Shown here: piece after piece, positions 26,395 through 39,627 of the stretch | Layout: each line of letters starts with the position of its first letter | How positions within the stretch are numbered: the first letter of the stretch is position 1 | Assembly: GCF_009914755.1 (NCBI RefSeq) | Contig: NC_060939.1 | Length of the DNA stretch: 64,000 nucleotides | Direction: 5' to 3' (one strand) | Source of the DNA: the human T2T-CHM13v2.0 reference genome, Homo sapiens | Notes under the pieces: model-generated | What the model was told of the DNA's origin: nothing | Databases searched by the model: none | What the model saw: only the letters and a program-made list of their open reading frames with translations | Translations under genes and position numbers: made by a program

Positions 26395-29300
26395 AAGTAC
26401 TCCCCAAAATATCTTCCAAAATTAGTCCCCGTAGATACACCATGAATACAAGAATTCCATGCTCAATCCATTTGGGAAACTTGGCAGTCTGTATTCTCCT
26501 CCTAGATAATTATACTCCACAGTCCACAGTTGCATATTAAATTCTCTTAGACTTCTACAGTGATGAAATCTCTTTATCTTTGTTTAAACTATGTTTCCCA
26601 AATGTGTTTGGCCAAAGAAGCTTTTTTTGCCCAAAACTTACTAATATTCCTCTGAGAATACTTTGGATGCATGCCGTGAACAAGTACCCTTAACTCTGCT
26701 CGTAGCAGAAGGTGGTTTTTTCCTTCTGAGTTTTGTGGAATGCAAAAATATGTTTCAATTCACATGTGACAATGTAAGTCCCCGGACAGCCTCCACCCAG
26801 TGTTGTTGAAAAACTGTCCACTGTTCCCTGAGTGTTTGCACAGGGTTAATGCAATCCTTGGGAAGAAATGAAGAAGCATTTCTGGCTAATGCCGAGTTTC
26901 ATCCCAAACAGCAGTTTCCAGTTAAATTTCATTTGTGTGTTGTTTATATTACTCAGGATTTACTTAGACCTGGTATGAGGGAAGAGTATATCCAAGGAGA
27001 AGGTAATTTAATGTGGGGCACAATGAGCTTGTGAAACCAATTAGGGAATCATTAAAATCTGTTAAAATAGCTGGAATTATCCTGTTCATATTAAAAATCA
27101 GTTTGATAAATGTTGCAATTCCTGCCAGGAAGCTCTCCCTTCCGACATGGCTCCTTCTGGTCCTGGCATCCAGCCTTGGCCATGTGCCCCTCCTCAAAGC
27201 AGAGTGTTCTTTTCTCCGTTATAACACCAACCATGTGGCATCCTCATCATTTGGTTCTGTTTTCCCCACTAACCGGTAAAATCCTTGAGTAGGAGCTGGA
27301 TCTCATTCACTGCTAAACTCCTAGTCCATAGTGGAGTGTCAGATGCTTACCTGGAGTTTGGACTCATTGAATGTCAGAGCCAAAGAGAACCTGGGGCATG
27401 ATCAGTCCAGCCTGCCACTCTTATAGATGGAGAACCTGAAGCTCCGTGAGGTTCTGAATCTCAGCTGACCCTAACGTCTCTCAGCTCCCCAGCACTTCCT
27501 TTCCCTTGACCACAGCCCACACCCCGCAAAGGACGCCTGCAGCAGGACAGAGCTCAGCCACAGAAGAAGCCAGCTCGGCAGTGGGCGGCTCCACCTCTTC
27601 TGACTTGTGCTAGGATGGCCTTATCAGCTTCACAGTGAAAACAAGAACTGGATGTGTTCAGCCCCATGTGCCAGGCTAAATGCTTAATGTGTATTTTCTT
27701 ATCTAATGACCACAGCAACACTATAGAATAGGACCATGGTTATTCCTATTTCACACATAATAACTACTATTATTCCCATTTCCTGAAGCCTTGAGAGGCC
27801 AAGTCTTTTGCAGTCAGTACATGGTGGAATCAGGATGTCTGAGTCAGGACACCTCTTTGGTCACCCTAGAGCTTGAGCCTTTGATGACCCCCAAGCTGCA
27901 CTGCCCCCAGTCTTCTACCATTGCTTCCATCATTGTTGGTGTCAGCCATGATGACCATTTTCTCTTTAAAGGATCCTTCCTGGAGGCAGTTTTGCTATTC
28001 ATTGTACCATTGTGAGGCCCTCACAGTGGTAGCCTATGTCCCTGACCTTCAAATAATCTTATCACCACCATCTCAAATATAAAGATTTGTGTCTTCCTAT
28101 ATGAAGAGGAGCTCAGCTGATGTGCTCCGAATAGTCCTCTCCAAAGGACAGATGCATGCTTTGCTCCATGTGCTTGGGCCACAGGTCACTTTCTAAAAGG
28201 CCCTGTGAGTGGCCAGCATGCTGTTGGGAGAGAGAGGAAGAAGCACTCAGCCACCGTCTGTAGCAGAAAGTTATTTTATTCTTCTATCAAAAATATTTGC
28301 CTTTCATAACTGTCCTACTGTCATTATTCTTATTTAGATGAGCTGATCACCAAAACAGATCCTGATACGTGCTTTCAAGGGAGTATTCACTAGAATCATT
28401 TTCAGAAATGGAATGAATGGCTTTGAAATTGTTGACCAGTGGGAGACCTTTGAGGTTTTTTGAAAAGGGACTCAAATATGGTCAAGTCTGTGCTTTGACA
28501 AGATGAAAGTGGAGATTGGGTAGACAGTGGTCAGGGAGAAGCAGGAAGAAGAGGAGAGAGTGGTGGGAGTGGACAGTGGAGGTGAGTTTGCAACAAGAAG
28601 AGACTTTTGAGCACCAGGAACAGAAGCACTGTGTGGAGGCAGCACCAGGCAGGAGGGACCGGCTCCATGGCCAGGGGCTGTTGGAGAAAGGAGCAGCCAC
28701 TGTTGGGGAGGGGATTGACAGCCAGGGAGGGCCATGGGGGCAGACCAGAGCACAGAGCCCACAAGAGGTAGACAGCCAAGGGCGAGGATGGAATACAGTT
28801 CTCAGGTCCTGAGTGGAAGGAACTCATTTGGGAACTGGTTAATTTGGGAAAGGGGAGCAGGGGCAGGTGGAGACTGATCCTTACAGGGAAGAGTGTGGAG
28901 CAGGAAGTGGAAGGACACTGATGGCGGTGAGAGGTGATAGCAGGATAAGGACGCAGGGGCTACTGGAGAGGCCACTGTGATGGATGACGAGTTGGCAAAT
29001 TTTAAAAGTCATGGAGGAACGGTCAGCACAAGCCAGCCTGGGGTGCCCCAGGCAGAAATATGGTAATGGAAAGTTGGAGTAATGGTGTAGCCCCAAAACT
29101 GGTTGGGTGGCAGATGGACTGCAACATGGCCCTACACTTCAGATGCCCATCCTGCTCTGAGGGGCATTTTCAGCTTCTAGAAGTGAGACATGGGGGAGAA
29201 GCCAGCCAATGAAGCATGTCATGGTTTCTGTGAATTTTTTACAACTGAAAGTTGAAAATAACAATGAAATTCCACAGCTAAGGCATGGAAAGGATTCAAG

Positions 29301-30496
29301 GTTCTAGGTTCCTCTGCCTCCCTTGAGAAATGACCAACTGTGTTCCCATTGAATCCCACTGCTCCTGTGCCAGTGAAGATGAAGCTAACTCAGAAGCACA
29401 CAGTGGGCAGAAGCCTGGGGGCCTCCTGGCCCACTTCTTTCTTTACTGATGAGGCCCCAAGAGGGACAGTTGTTGTGCCCCCTCATTCCATTTTCCTGAT
29501 GTCCTCTTTTCACCTCACTGTGTCTTTATTTTTATGGCCCTGTAGCAAACACTGTGTTTACAGATTCTGATTTATTGGAAATGAAGCTCTGTCTTCTAAG
29601 TCCAAGTTTGTACAGAAAATACTCATTTGCAACTTCCCCTCTAGGCAAAGGAAGATGCTTGTTCATTTCCATGATTTAGTGGCAGTAAATTTGGAAAGAA
29701 ATGTTCCAACTCTGCCAAATGTTTTAGAATTAAACTCCTACCATCATCAGGCATGTTATCTCTCAATTTGATCATTGAGGGGCAGGGTTCTAGAGTCGGA
29801 ATGGTACACCACACTCGTCTTTCTGGCATTGTTTGAGAATGATGTACAACGTGAGAAAATTTCCCAGCTCTGCAAAGCGTAACTTTTTAAGTACCAAAAC
29901 ATCATTGCTTACCTTCTTTTTTTTTTGTCTTTTTAAGAAAATGATTACAAAAATGGTGCATGTTCATTAGTGAAACTTGAAAGATATAGAAAACTTTGCG
30001 AAATAAAGTAAAAATTACTTGTAAACTGAACTTGCTTTTAAATTTTTAAAAGGTTATGAATAGTCCCCCTTCCTACCCTAGTCCAACCCCTAAAAACCAA
30101 TTGACAATATTCTAGCACTTCTCGTTCTAGACTTTTGTATTTAAAAAATAGAGCTCATGTATATTTTACTACATGGTCTTGTTTCTTTTTAGCTTATTTT
30201 GGATGTCATAAATACCTTTCCAAATGAATACAGATTTGTATTAATTCATTCTACCTTGTTCCTTTAAATGGCTGCATAATATTCTGCCAGCCATTCCCCA
30301 CTGGGAACATGAATCTTGTTTTCAGTCTGCAGCTCTTGCAAAAGATACTGCAGTGGACGTCCTTGCATTTGAATCATTATCCATGAATACTGGTATTTCT
30401 GAAGATAGCTAAGAAGTGCTATAGGAATGATACATTTAAGTTTTGGTAGTTACCCTGCCGAACAGGATAGGTATACCTTTTTTCCCACACTCCTAC

Positions 30497-30991
30497 TGTA
30501 CCTGAACCCAGGTTCAGCCGTTCTCTACTCAAAAGCCATACAGGAGAGACAAGATTTAGTGGGAGGAACAGCAGATTTATTCAGAGACCCAACAAATCAG
30601 GAAGATGGTGGATCAGCATCCTAAAGTACCATCTGAAGTCAGTACAAATTTTAGGCTCTTTCTACATTCAGGGCAGGAGGAAGAGGAGGTGGGTAGGATC
30701 AAGAGATAATGGACTACCGCAGACATCTGGGAGCAAGGATCCAATGAGGTTGGGAACTTTTTTGTGCTTGGTCAGGTCACAATGCTCCTACAAATCTTTA
30801 ACAAAAACATAGTTGTTTACATATTTCTCCTTTAGTCCCAGAGTTAGTTTTATAAAACACGTGATTGCTGTTTTTGCAATCGTTATGTCAGTGCTCTAAA
30901 ATCTTCCTAGCCTACAGGCAGGAATGGGTAAAGGCCTCTTAAACAAAAATGGAGTCCGTTATGTTCATTATTTTGCTGTTTCACTGTTACA
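30497..30991 (-). mobile_element. ERV1-class solo LTR (family not determined)
   Basis: TG...CA ends with perfect 4-bp TSD ctac; minus strand starts TGTAACAGTGAAACAGC...GGACTCCATTTTTG and has AATAAA near its 3' end. Confidence 0.78.
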
Positions 30992-31675
30992 CTACTAACT
31001 CTAGATGTTTTTATTCTTTTGTCAGTTTTGCCAGTCTGATAGTTTGTGGGGGAGAGGAATGACATATTTTAAATTAGATTTTCTTCATTAGTGAAATTGA
31101 GCATCTTCCCTGGATATATTTGCTGTCTATTTCCTAGTGAATTGCCTGTTCATGCTGTGTGCCCATTTTTCTACTGGGGGATTTGTGCTTTTCTGATTTT
31201 CTCCTATGAGGTCTTTAAAACATTATGAAGGTTAGCTGTCTGATTACTGTATGTGCTACAAAGATTTCCGTTCAACCTGTCTTTGTCTTTTAATTTTGCT
31301 TATGTTGTTTTGCATCACACAGGTTTTTTTGTTTTTTTTTGTCTGTTTAAATAAAAGGCCCCGGACATGCTTTCCTCTTTCTCTGTTTACTCAGAGCACT
31401 CATTACAAACGCAGAGCTTTCCATTCAGAGATGTCCTCGGGGCTTTTCCAAGTACGTGAAGCTTTTCAGCCCATGTCCCTGTGGTGTTTGTTGTTTTGTT
31501 TGTTGTTTGTTTTTCAGTTATTTTTATGTCTTTTTATGTAAGGATTTGCTGTCCTACCTCCTGCTGGTAGCTGACACTTCTTGTTTCTCTCTGCATGTCT
31601 GCTTTTACACCGACCCAATCCAATCACATCCTTTTATTATGGTCTAGAAAACCAAACAGCACAAGTTGCTGGCAT

Positions 31676-32304
31676 TGAAGCAGCATGGTTGTCTGGGGTA
31701 AATACCCGAGGTTCGTTGCCTCATGCTGAGGAATCAAGGACACAGACACACGTGGAGTGAGGTTAAGAGCAGAGGTTTAACAGGCAAAAGAAAGAGAAAG
31801 GAGAACAGTTCTCTCTCCTGTGAGACAGGGGTGCCCGAGTGGGACCAGCAGAGTGCACAGGGTTTTATAGACAGGCTTGAGGAGCCAGGGTCTGATTTAC
31901 ACAAGGCCTGAAGATTGGTTGGACCAGGTGTGACGTTTACATAGCTTGCCAGGAAACTGGCCACCCCACCCTAATCTTTTATTATGCAAATGGGATCTCT
32001 ACTTGGCCAGTGCGATGTTGCCTGCCCCTTACTGTGCACCTGGTTGACAAGGAAAGGGGAAGATGGAGCCACCCTATTGGACATGTGTAGCCCCCAGGTA
32101 CCCTTTTCGTATTGACACAGCTGCTGATATTCACCCGTGCAAGCTTCCAGCTTCCTTGTCTATGTCTGCAGCTCAATTTTACAAGCTGTTCTTTGTTAGA
32201 AAAGAAAATGATTTGGGAGCTGCTTTTCATTAAAGGAAAACCTTACCGAGGACTTCCTTACCCCCACTATCTGCCTAAATAATTTCTTCTTAACTCCTAT
32301 ATCA
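31676..32304 (-). mobile_element. LTR9-like ERV1 solo LTR, 629 bp
   Basis: Minus strand TGATATAGGAGTTAAGAAGAAATTATTTAGGCAGATAGTG...GACAACCATGCTGCTTCA; perfect TSD gcat at 31672-31675 and 32305-32308. Confidence 0.85.
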
Positions 32305-33284
32305 GCATCATGGGTAAAAGGAAGCAAAACAGGCTGTGAGTCAGGAACCAGCTGACTTTCCTGAGTGAAGCATCCTAGGTTTTAGTGCTTGGCCTTTGGG
32401 GCATCTGTCACGGCTGCACAGAGACCTTGTTCCTGTCAGCTGAGATTTGTAAAGGGGTAATTTCCAGATGAATGAAGTGCTTTTGTGGTCATTTATCTTA
32501 CATGACAGGCTATGGAGGAGCCTCTGCCCTGACCTGACTGCAGGGGTGCTCAAAGCCTCAAGCTGGTGGCCTCAGGGTGATGTTCAGTGTGACTGTGCCA
32601 GAGCCATCATTACATGACATTGCCCCTCCCTCCCCCTTAAACCTAGAGCACTCTTTCATCCTCAGCCCAGAGCACTCTTTTCGCAGGCTCTGCTGGTCCC
32701 ACCAAATGTACAAAGGCCAATTCTGATGAGTCCTGCTCCAAGGAACCTTCACCAGTTCTGCCACCAGCTTCCCAGCCACTTGGTTTGTATGGACTTTCTC
32801 ACTTCCTGCGTTGTATTATGGCCATTTTTGCATCTGTTTGTCTCCTCTGCTTACCTGGCAGTCCAAGAGGACAAGGACCATATTATTTAAACTCCTGAAC
32901 ACAGAGCTTAGAACACAGCAGGAATTTTGGTGAATGGCGACTAAATTCCTCTTGGCATCTCCCAGTTATACCCCCTGCAGTACCTCACCAGAAGGTACCC
33001 AGGTTTACCAATATCACTACTTAAAATTTTAACCTAATTATTATTGAGAGAATTTATACAACTTTATATTAAAACACTAAATATTTTTAATGACAAGTAG
33101 GTTTGATTTCATGATATGTTTTGATTAACTGTTTAGGATCTGCTTCTGTAACTAGTGGGAAAATGTCCATGATCAATCTGTGATGCCTGCCATGGATACA
33201 GGAGCAGGTTCTCTCAGTTCCTGTGCTGTACGCCTGCCATGCCTGACCTGGTAGAGAAAAGGGCAAGAATAAACATATAAAATA

Positions 33285-33615
33285 TTTGTGTACCTCCAAA
33301 AATTCCTATGTTGAAGTCCCAACCTCCAGTACAGTTACTGGTGGAAGGTACCCGTGTTACCACTGACATCCCTGGCAGGAGGGGTTGCAGGGGGAGCCCT
33401 CTCCTGCCCCACCCCTACCTGTCTAACTATTTATAACAGTGCTTCAAAATGTGACCATATTTGGAAATAGGGTCTTTTTGCATATAGTTAGTTAAGATGA
33501 GGTCATACCTACCTATTAGAGTGAGTCCCTAATCCAGTATGACTGATGTCCTTATAAAAGGGGGAATTTGGACACAGACGTGGGACACAAGGAGAATGCC
33601 ACGTGAAGATGAAGG
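33285..33615 (+). mobile_element. MLT1B/C-like MaLR LTR fragment interrupted by a 106-bp insert
   Basis: aattcctatgttgaagtcccaacctccagtac[insert]...aatgtgaccatatttggaaatagggtc...gccacgtgaagatgaagg. Confidence 0.78.
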
Positions 33616-33619
33616 AATA

Positions 33620-35310
33620 TTTATGTTGAGCTAAGTAAATTTGAAACAGAATGTGTTTAATGGAAATGGAAAGGTATATTTATATTGCCAAAACGAAGAG
33701 TTCATAGTAAAACAAAGAAGTCATGAAATTTTATAATATTTAAATATATGAAGCAAAACTATTAGACATACAAGAAGAAATTAAATAAACCACCTTTTGC
33801 ATTATACCTTTAATGTACTTTTTTCAGATTTTGACAAATGAAGCCATTGAAATGTAAATGAGGATTTAGAGGATTATATAATATGGCCAATAATCTTGAT
33901 TCCACATGCATAGATATTCAATGTCAAATTTTAACATTTTAATAATGGATTTTCAAAATTTTAATAAATCTCAAACTTATAGAACTTGGAAAGCCCATTT
34001 TTTTAATCCCAGTGCAATAAATCTAAAAATTCATAACAAAAAGTTACATTTTTAAAAATCAGTTATTTGTACAAAGGAACCTGTCCCAACTAGCTTCTGG
34101 TGAAGGATGGAAATCAAAACACTAAATATGGACTATTTTGTAATTAAAACCATGGCCCCACTCCATATCAAGGGGATGTGGCCAAAACAATGTTTAGAGG
34201 AAACCTGTGGCTTAAAATGTTTTTATTATTAAATGTGGGAAAACTAAAAATTTTACTTATGAATTATTAACTAATGAAAATAGAAAAAGAATAATAGAAT
34301 GCCATAGGCAAACTGAGAGGAAGCAATTAATAAAAGAAGTAAAAATAAGAAAAATTAAATTAGAAAACCAAAGTATTATCCAATTGATAAATAATTCTTC
34401 ATCAAGACTGGTAAAAGAGAAAATCCCTGACAAGTCTATTGTAATTTTAAAAAGAATGAAAATAAATGAATATTAAGAATAAATCAATTTAACAAAGTTT
34501 AAAAGTTTATGAACAAATAGTGTGCATAACTTAGATTTTTATGTGTCAAAACTTTTCAAAAGAAAGCTAATTCCTGGAAGGAAGGAAGTAACCAAATTTG
34601 AATCAAAAAAAATTTTTTTTCTTTTGTATTTTTTTAATGAGAAAAGATCAAAGCTAGGCAAAAAATTGAGAAAGCTGACAAAACTGCACCCCAAATGGTT
34701 CCAGGCCTTGAAAGCTTTATGGGCAAATTATTTAAACACTTCCAGAGCATGAGAAAAGTTAGAAAGTAGACTGATTTGTGAAGTTAGCACAACTTTGAAA
34801 CAAAAACCTACAAACTATGAACCCAATTTCATGTGTTAGGATAAAGATACTAAATACAATGCTAGCAAATCAAATTAATAGTTATAGAAATACATACTAA
34901 TGACAAAAATGCTTGGGTGGTTTATCATTAGGAAATCTGCTAATGTAAATAATTCAAGGAAAAAAACTATTGACAAAATATAAGTTTAGGTATTAATTTT
35001 TAATGGAGAAATATCTTTGTAAACTAATAATAGAAATATATTTTCTTAACATAGATGAAACACACACTTGAAACCATAATTAATATCTTATGCAGAGTGA
35101 TTAAATATTAGAAGGGTTCTCAAAAAAGTGAAGAATCTGAGAGGAATGCTCATTGTTATTCAACAATGTTTTGGAATTTCCAAGCCAATAAGTTAAGGAA
35201 ATAAAATATAATTACTTAAGAGGTAGAAAAGTAAGGGAAGACAGAATTAACATTGTTGGAGATGTCATGATTATCTACATGAAAAACCTAATCCAGTCAC
35301 TGGAAAATCT
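33620..35310 (+). mobile_element. Highly decayed ancient L1 ORF2-like sequence
   Basis: A-rich, with remnants such as aatgtttagaggaaacctgtggcttaaa and atgtcatgattatctacatgaaaaaccta. Boundaries approximate. Confidence 0.6.
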
Positions 35311-35329
35311 ATTCAAAGATTGAGTATGA

Positions 35330-35720
35330 AATGGCCAAAAAATGTATGAACAAAATGCTCAAATGTATGAAAAAAATTATCTTAGTGTTGCTAATCCTCA
35401 GGGAAATGCAAACCAAAATCACAATGAGGTATTATCTCACCCCATCTAGGATGGCTATTATCAAAAAGACAAAAAATATTAATAATAAATGTTGGCAAGG
35501 ATGCGGAGAAAAGGAAACTGTTATACGCTGTTCTTGGGAGTGTAAATTGGTACAACCACTAAGGAGAACAGTATGAAAGTTCCTCAGAAAACTACAAATA
35601 GAACTACCACATGATCCAGCAATCCCACTACTGGGTATTTATCCGAAGGAAAAGAAATCAATATATCAAAGAGATATCTATGCCCCCATGTTCATTGCAG
35701 CACAATTCACAACAGCCAAG
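35330..35720 (+). mobile_element. L1 (L1MA/PB-like) ORF2 3' fragment
   Basis: ORF 35331-35576 [26 protein letters not shown]...CWQGCGEKE...ECKLVQPL is the L1 ORF2 C-terminal cysteine-rich region. Confidence 0.85.
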
Positions 35721-35721
35721 A

Positions 35722-36085
35722 GTCCAGTTTTTATGCAGACATATAGCTTTATTTCTCTTGGATGTGACCTAAGAATGGAATTGCTGAGTCCTGTGGTAGC
35801 TCCACGTTTAACCTCATGAGAAACTGCTAGACTGTTTTCTGAATAGTCGCACCATTTTACATTTCCACCAGCAGTGTGTGAGTGTTCCAGTTTCTCGTAT
35901 CTTCACTAACACATGATTGCGTTTTTTTGTAAATTATGATAGCCATCTTAATGGGTGTGAAGAGGTATCTCACTGTGGAATTGATTTCTGTTTCCTTAAT
36001 GACAAATGATGTTGAGCTCTTTTCATGTGCTTATTAGCCATTTGTATGTCTTCTTTGGAGTAATATTCAGATCCTTTGCTCATTT
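35722..36085 (-). mobile_element. L1MB-like fragment (antisense); continues after 37232
   Basis: ggaattgctgagtcc...ccattttacatttccaccagcagtg...ttagccatttgtatgtcttctttggag. Confidence 0.75.
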
Positions 36086-37232
36086 TATTTTTTTGTAATT
36101 TCAATTTTTATTTTAGATTCAGTAGGTACACGTGCAGGTTTATTGCCTGGGTATATTGCTGATGCTGAGGTTTAGGGTATGGTTGATCCCATCACTTACA
36201 TAGTGAGTATAGTACCCAATAGGTAGTTTTGAAACCTTTGCCCTCCTCCTTCCCCCATCTAGTAATCCCAGTGTCTATTGTTGCCATCTTTATATCCATG
36301 AGTACCCAATGTTTAGTTCCCACTTATAAGTGAGAACATGTGGTATTTGGCTCTCTGTTCCTGCATTAATTCATTTACAATAATGGCCTTCAGCTGCATC
36401 CATGTTGCTGCAGAGGACATGATTTCATTCTTTTTTATGGCCATGTAGTATTCCACGGTGTATATGTACCACATTTTCTTTATCTGGTCCACTCTAGATG
36501 GGCACCTAGATTGATTTTATGTCTTTGCTATTGTGAATAATGCTGTGATGAGGGCACATGTCTTTTTGGTAGAACAATTTACATTTTCCTTTGGATATAT
36601 ACCCAGTAATGGGATTGCTGGGTCAAACGGTAGTTCTAAGTTTTTTGAGAACTCTCCAAACTGCTGCTTTCCACAGTGGCTGAACTAATTTACATTCCCA
36701 CCAACAGTGTATAAGCATTCCCTTTTCTCTGCAGCTTTGCCAGCATCTGTTGTTTTTTGACTTTTTAATAATACCCATTCTGACTGGTGTGAGATGGTAT
36801 CTCTGCGGTTTTGTTTGATATTTCTCTGATGATTAGTGATGTTGAGCATTTTTTCATGTGTCTGTTGGCTACTTGTATGTCTTCTTTTGAGAAGTGTCTG
36901 TTCATATATTTTACCCACTTTTTAATGGGGTTATTTGGTTTTTACTTGTTGAATTGTTTAAGTTCCTTATAGATTCTGGGTCTTAGACCTTTTTTAGTTG
37001 CATGGTTTGCAAATATTTTCTCTCATTCTGTAGGCTGTCTGCCTACCCTGTTGATAGTTTCATTTGCTTTGCAGAAACTCTTTTGTTTAATTAGGTCCTA
37101 CTTGTCAATTTTTTTCGTTGCAATTGCTTTTTAGAACTTAGTCATAAATTCTTTCCCAAGGCTGATATCCAGAATGGTGTTTCCTAGGATTTTCTTCTAG
37201 GTCTTACATTTAAATCTTTAATCCGTCTTGAC
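36086..37232 (-). mobile_element. 5'-truncated L1PA/PB 3' end (antisense)
   Basis: T-rich tail, then tacacgtgcagg...cccacttataagtgagaacatg; extends into the ORF2 end. Confidence 0.88.
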
Positions 37233-38497
37233 CATTTTTTAATTGAGGATATTTGTGTTTTTGTTATTGAGTAGTAGGAGTAAAACCCACTTTTAAAGGT
37301 CATGTACTGTTAGAGGATATTGTGCAAACAATGCTTGGAAGATAGAAAGACATCCGATATCCAGATGACAATATGTAGATTGCACAGTCCTGCCCTGTCA
37401 TAGAGGCATTTTGTCACAAACAGCATGTGTGAACTTAATCCTAAATCTTTTCCACCTGCTAATGGCAGAGCCCTCCCCTACTGCCTTCCTGCAGTCATCC
37501 ATCAAGACCCTGGTCACGTGAGTGGCAATGGCCACAGGTTCACTGGCAGTTGGATCTCTGTGGCTGCTCATCAGTGTTGGTGTCAGGGCCTCCTTTACAA
37601 ATGCTGGCCCTTCTGACTTAGATGACATCCCTTCCACAGGGAAGCTGAGCCCAGTGTCCTGAGAACATCACACTTAGGCACATAAAGCATTCATTCCGTT
37701 AATGAATTTGAATTTACTGAAGACATTCTGGAAATTTTACATACACACACTTGAATCTCATTCACAACTAAACATTCTTTGCCCATATTAAGACATAAAC
37801 TTTTTAGTAAGTTGCAGCTTTCCCACTTCACTTCTGTAAAGCCAGCTTGTTATTTTAACATTATTCTACTTGGTTGATTAAAATGCATTCTTACAGATGA
37901 GCTCCCTTATGTGCTTAAAGGACTGGTATCTTAGGGCCCCCATCAAGTCTCTTTCTATTCACTTCTAGGCTGATGAAACTTACAATTGAGAATTATTTTA
38001 TTTTATTGATTTGCATAAAACCACCACTATTTTATTATATTCATAGATTTTGTGCATTAGGAATTAGACAGGGTATAGTAGGATGGCATGTTTCTGCTCC
38101 TCAATATCTGAGCTGCTAGTCTAGAAGTCACATAGTGTCACTTCCACTGTATTTTATTGGTCAAATAGTTGCAGAGGAATCTAACTTCAACCCTTGATGG
38201 AAGGAATATAAAGAAAATTTATGGGTATTTAAAAAAATCTGCGGAAGTTCTTCATTGATGCTCATTGAATGACGAACAAATGAAGGAACTGGAGTTTGTT
38301 ATCTCTAGGTAGATGATCTCAAGTTTTAGCCAGTCAGACCCTATTACCGAAAGATCCCTCCAAAGGATAGGACTGAGAAGAACATCATTTTCTTTATGCC
38401 AGCTGGATTAGAGGGTTCTTTATGCTGTTTTCTCTGCTTCCTGCCTGGCCTGTGGCATTGATTCCTGATTCCTAAGTATGGCAAAAGCGCATTTGTG

Positions 38498-38710
38498 CCA
38501 GCCTGGGCAACATGGTGAAACCCCATCTCAACAAATACAAAAAAAATTAGCCAGTGTAGTGGCACCTGCCTGTGGTCCCAGCTACTCAGGAGGCAGACAT
38601 GGAAGGATGGCTTGAGCCTGGGAGGTCAAGACTGCAGTGAACCAAGATCGCGCCACTGCACTCCAGCCTGGATAACAGAGCCAGACCCGGTCAAAAAAAA
38701 AAAAAAAAGA
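38498..38710 (+). mobile_element. 5'-truncated AluJ
   Basis: Starts at ccagcctgggcaacatgg; A tail; degenerate TSD aaaagcgcat / aaaagtgcgt. Confidence 0.82.
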
Positions 38711-39334
38711 AAAGTGCGTATATGCCTCTTGCCTTCTTTGCCCACAAACATATGTTTACCAGCAACTGGGGAAGCAGGTCAGGTAAATGAGAAGGAAGCT
38801 GACATTCAGGCCTCAGGTGGGGTGCTCCACACACATCTTTCTAGCATCCCATAAGGTGAGCATTCTGATACCCATTTTATGTATAAGGTAACAGAGGGTC
38901 AGAGAGATTAGATCACTCTAACAGGTCCTTGTGGTGTCCGCTTCCACTTTCATATCCATGTGGCCCAACTCTGATTTCAGCCACAGCTACAGTGGGCACT
39001 TCTGTATGAGCTCATTCTCATTTCAAGCTGACAGTATCCCGTGTCATGATGGGATATACTTGCTATCAAAGATTTATACTTTGTATCAAATTTGGAAAAT
39101 TGTCAGCCATTATTTCTTCAAATGTTTTTCCATGTTCCTTCCCTCCTCCTTCACAGACTTTTAAGTGTATTAGGCCACTTGAAGTTTTCCAATGAGATCA
39201 CTGATACTCATTTTATTGAAAAAGAACATTTTTATTACTTTCTATCTTTCATTTTGGACTGTTTCTATTGTTATGTCAAGTTTACTAATCTACCTTGTCT
39301 AATATGCAATTAATACCATCTAGTACATTTTAAT

Positions 39335-39627
39335 TTTTTATTATTTTATTTTATTTTTGAGCAGAGTCTCACTTTGTTGTACATTGGCCTGATCTCGGCT
39401 CACTGCAATCTCCGCCTCCCACGTTCAAATGATTCTCCTGCCTCAGCCTCCTGAGTAGCTGGGATTACAGGCACGTGCCACCATGCCCGGCTAATTTTTG
39501 TATTTTTAGTAGAAACGGGGTTTCACCATGTTGGTCAGGCTGGTCTCAAACTCCTGACCTCAAGTGATCTGCCCACTTCAGCCTCCCAAAGTGCTGGGAT
39601 TACAGGTGTGAGCCACCACACCCAGCC
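39335..39627 (-). mobile_element. AluS inside an old antisense L1M fragment (~39070-40130)
   Basis: TSD ccatctagtacatttt on both sides; short internal deletion. Confidence 0.88.

Noticed and set aside
26395-26670. Possible hAT-Charlie fragment
   Set aside because: Only a loose resemblance to recalled consensus; the termini cannot be defined.
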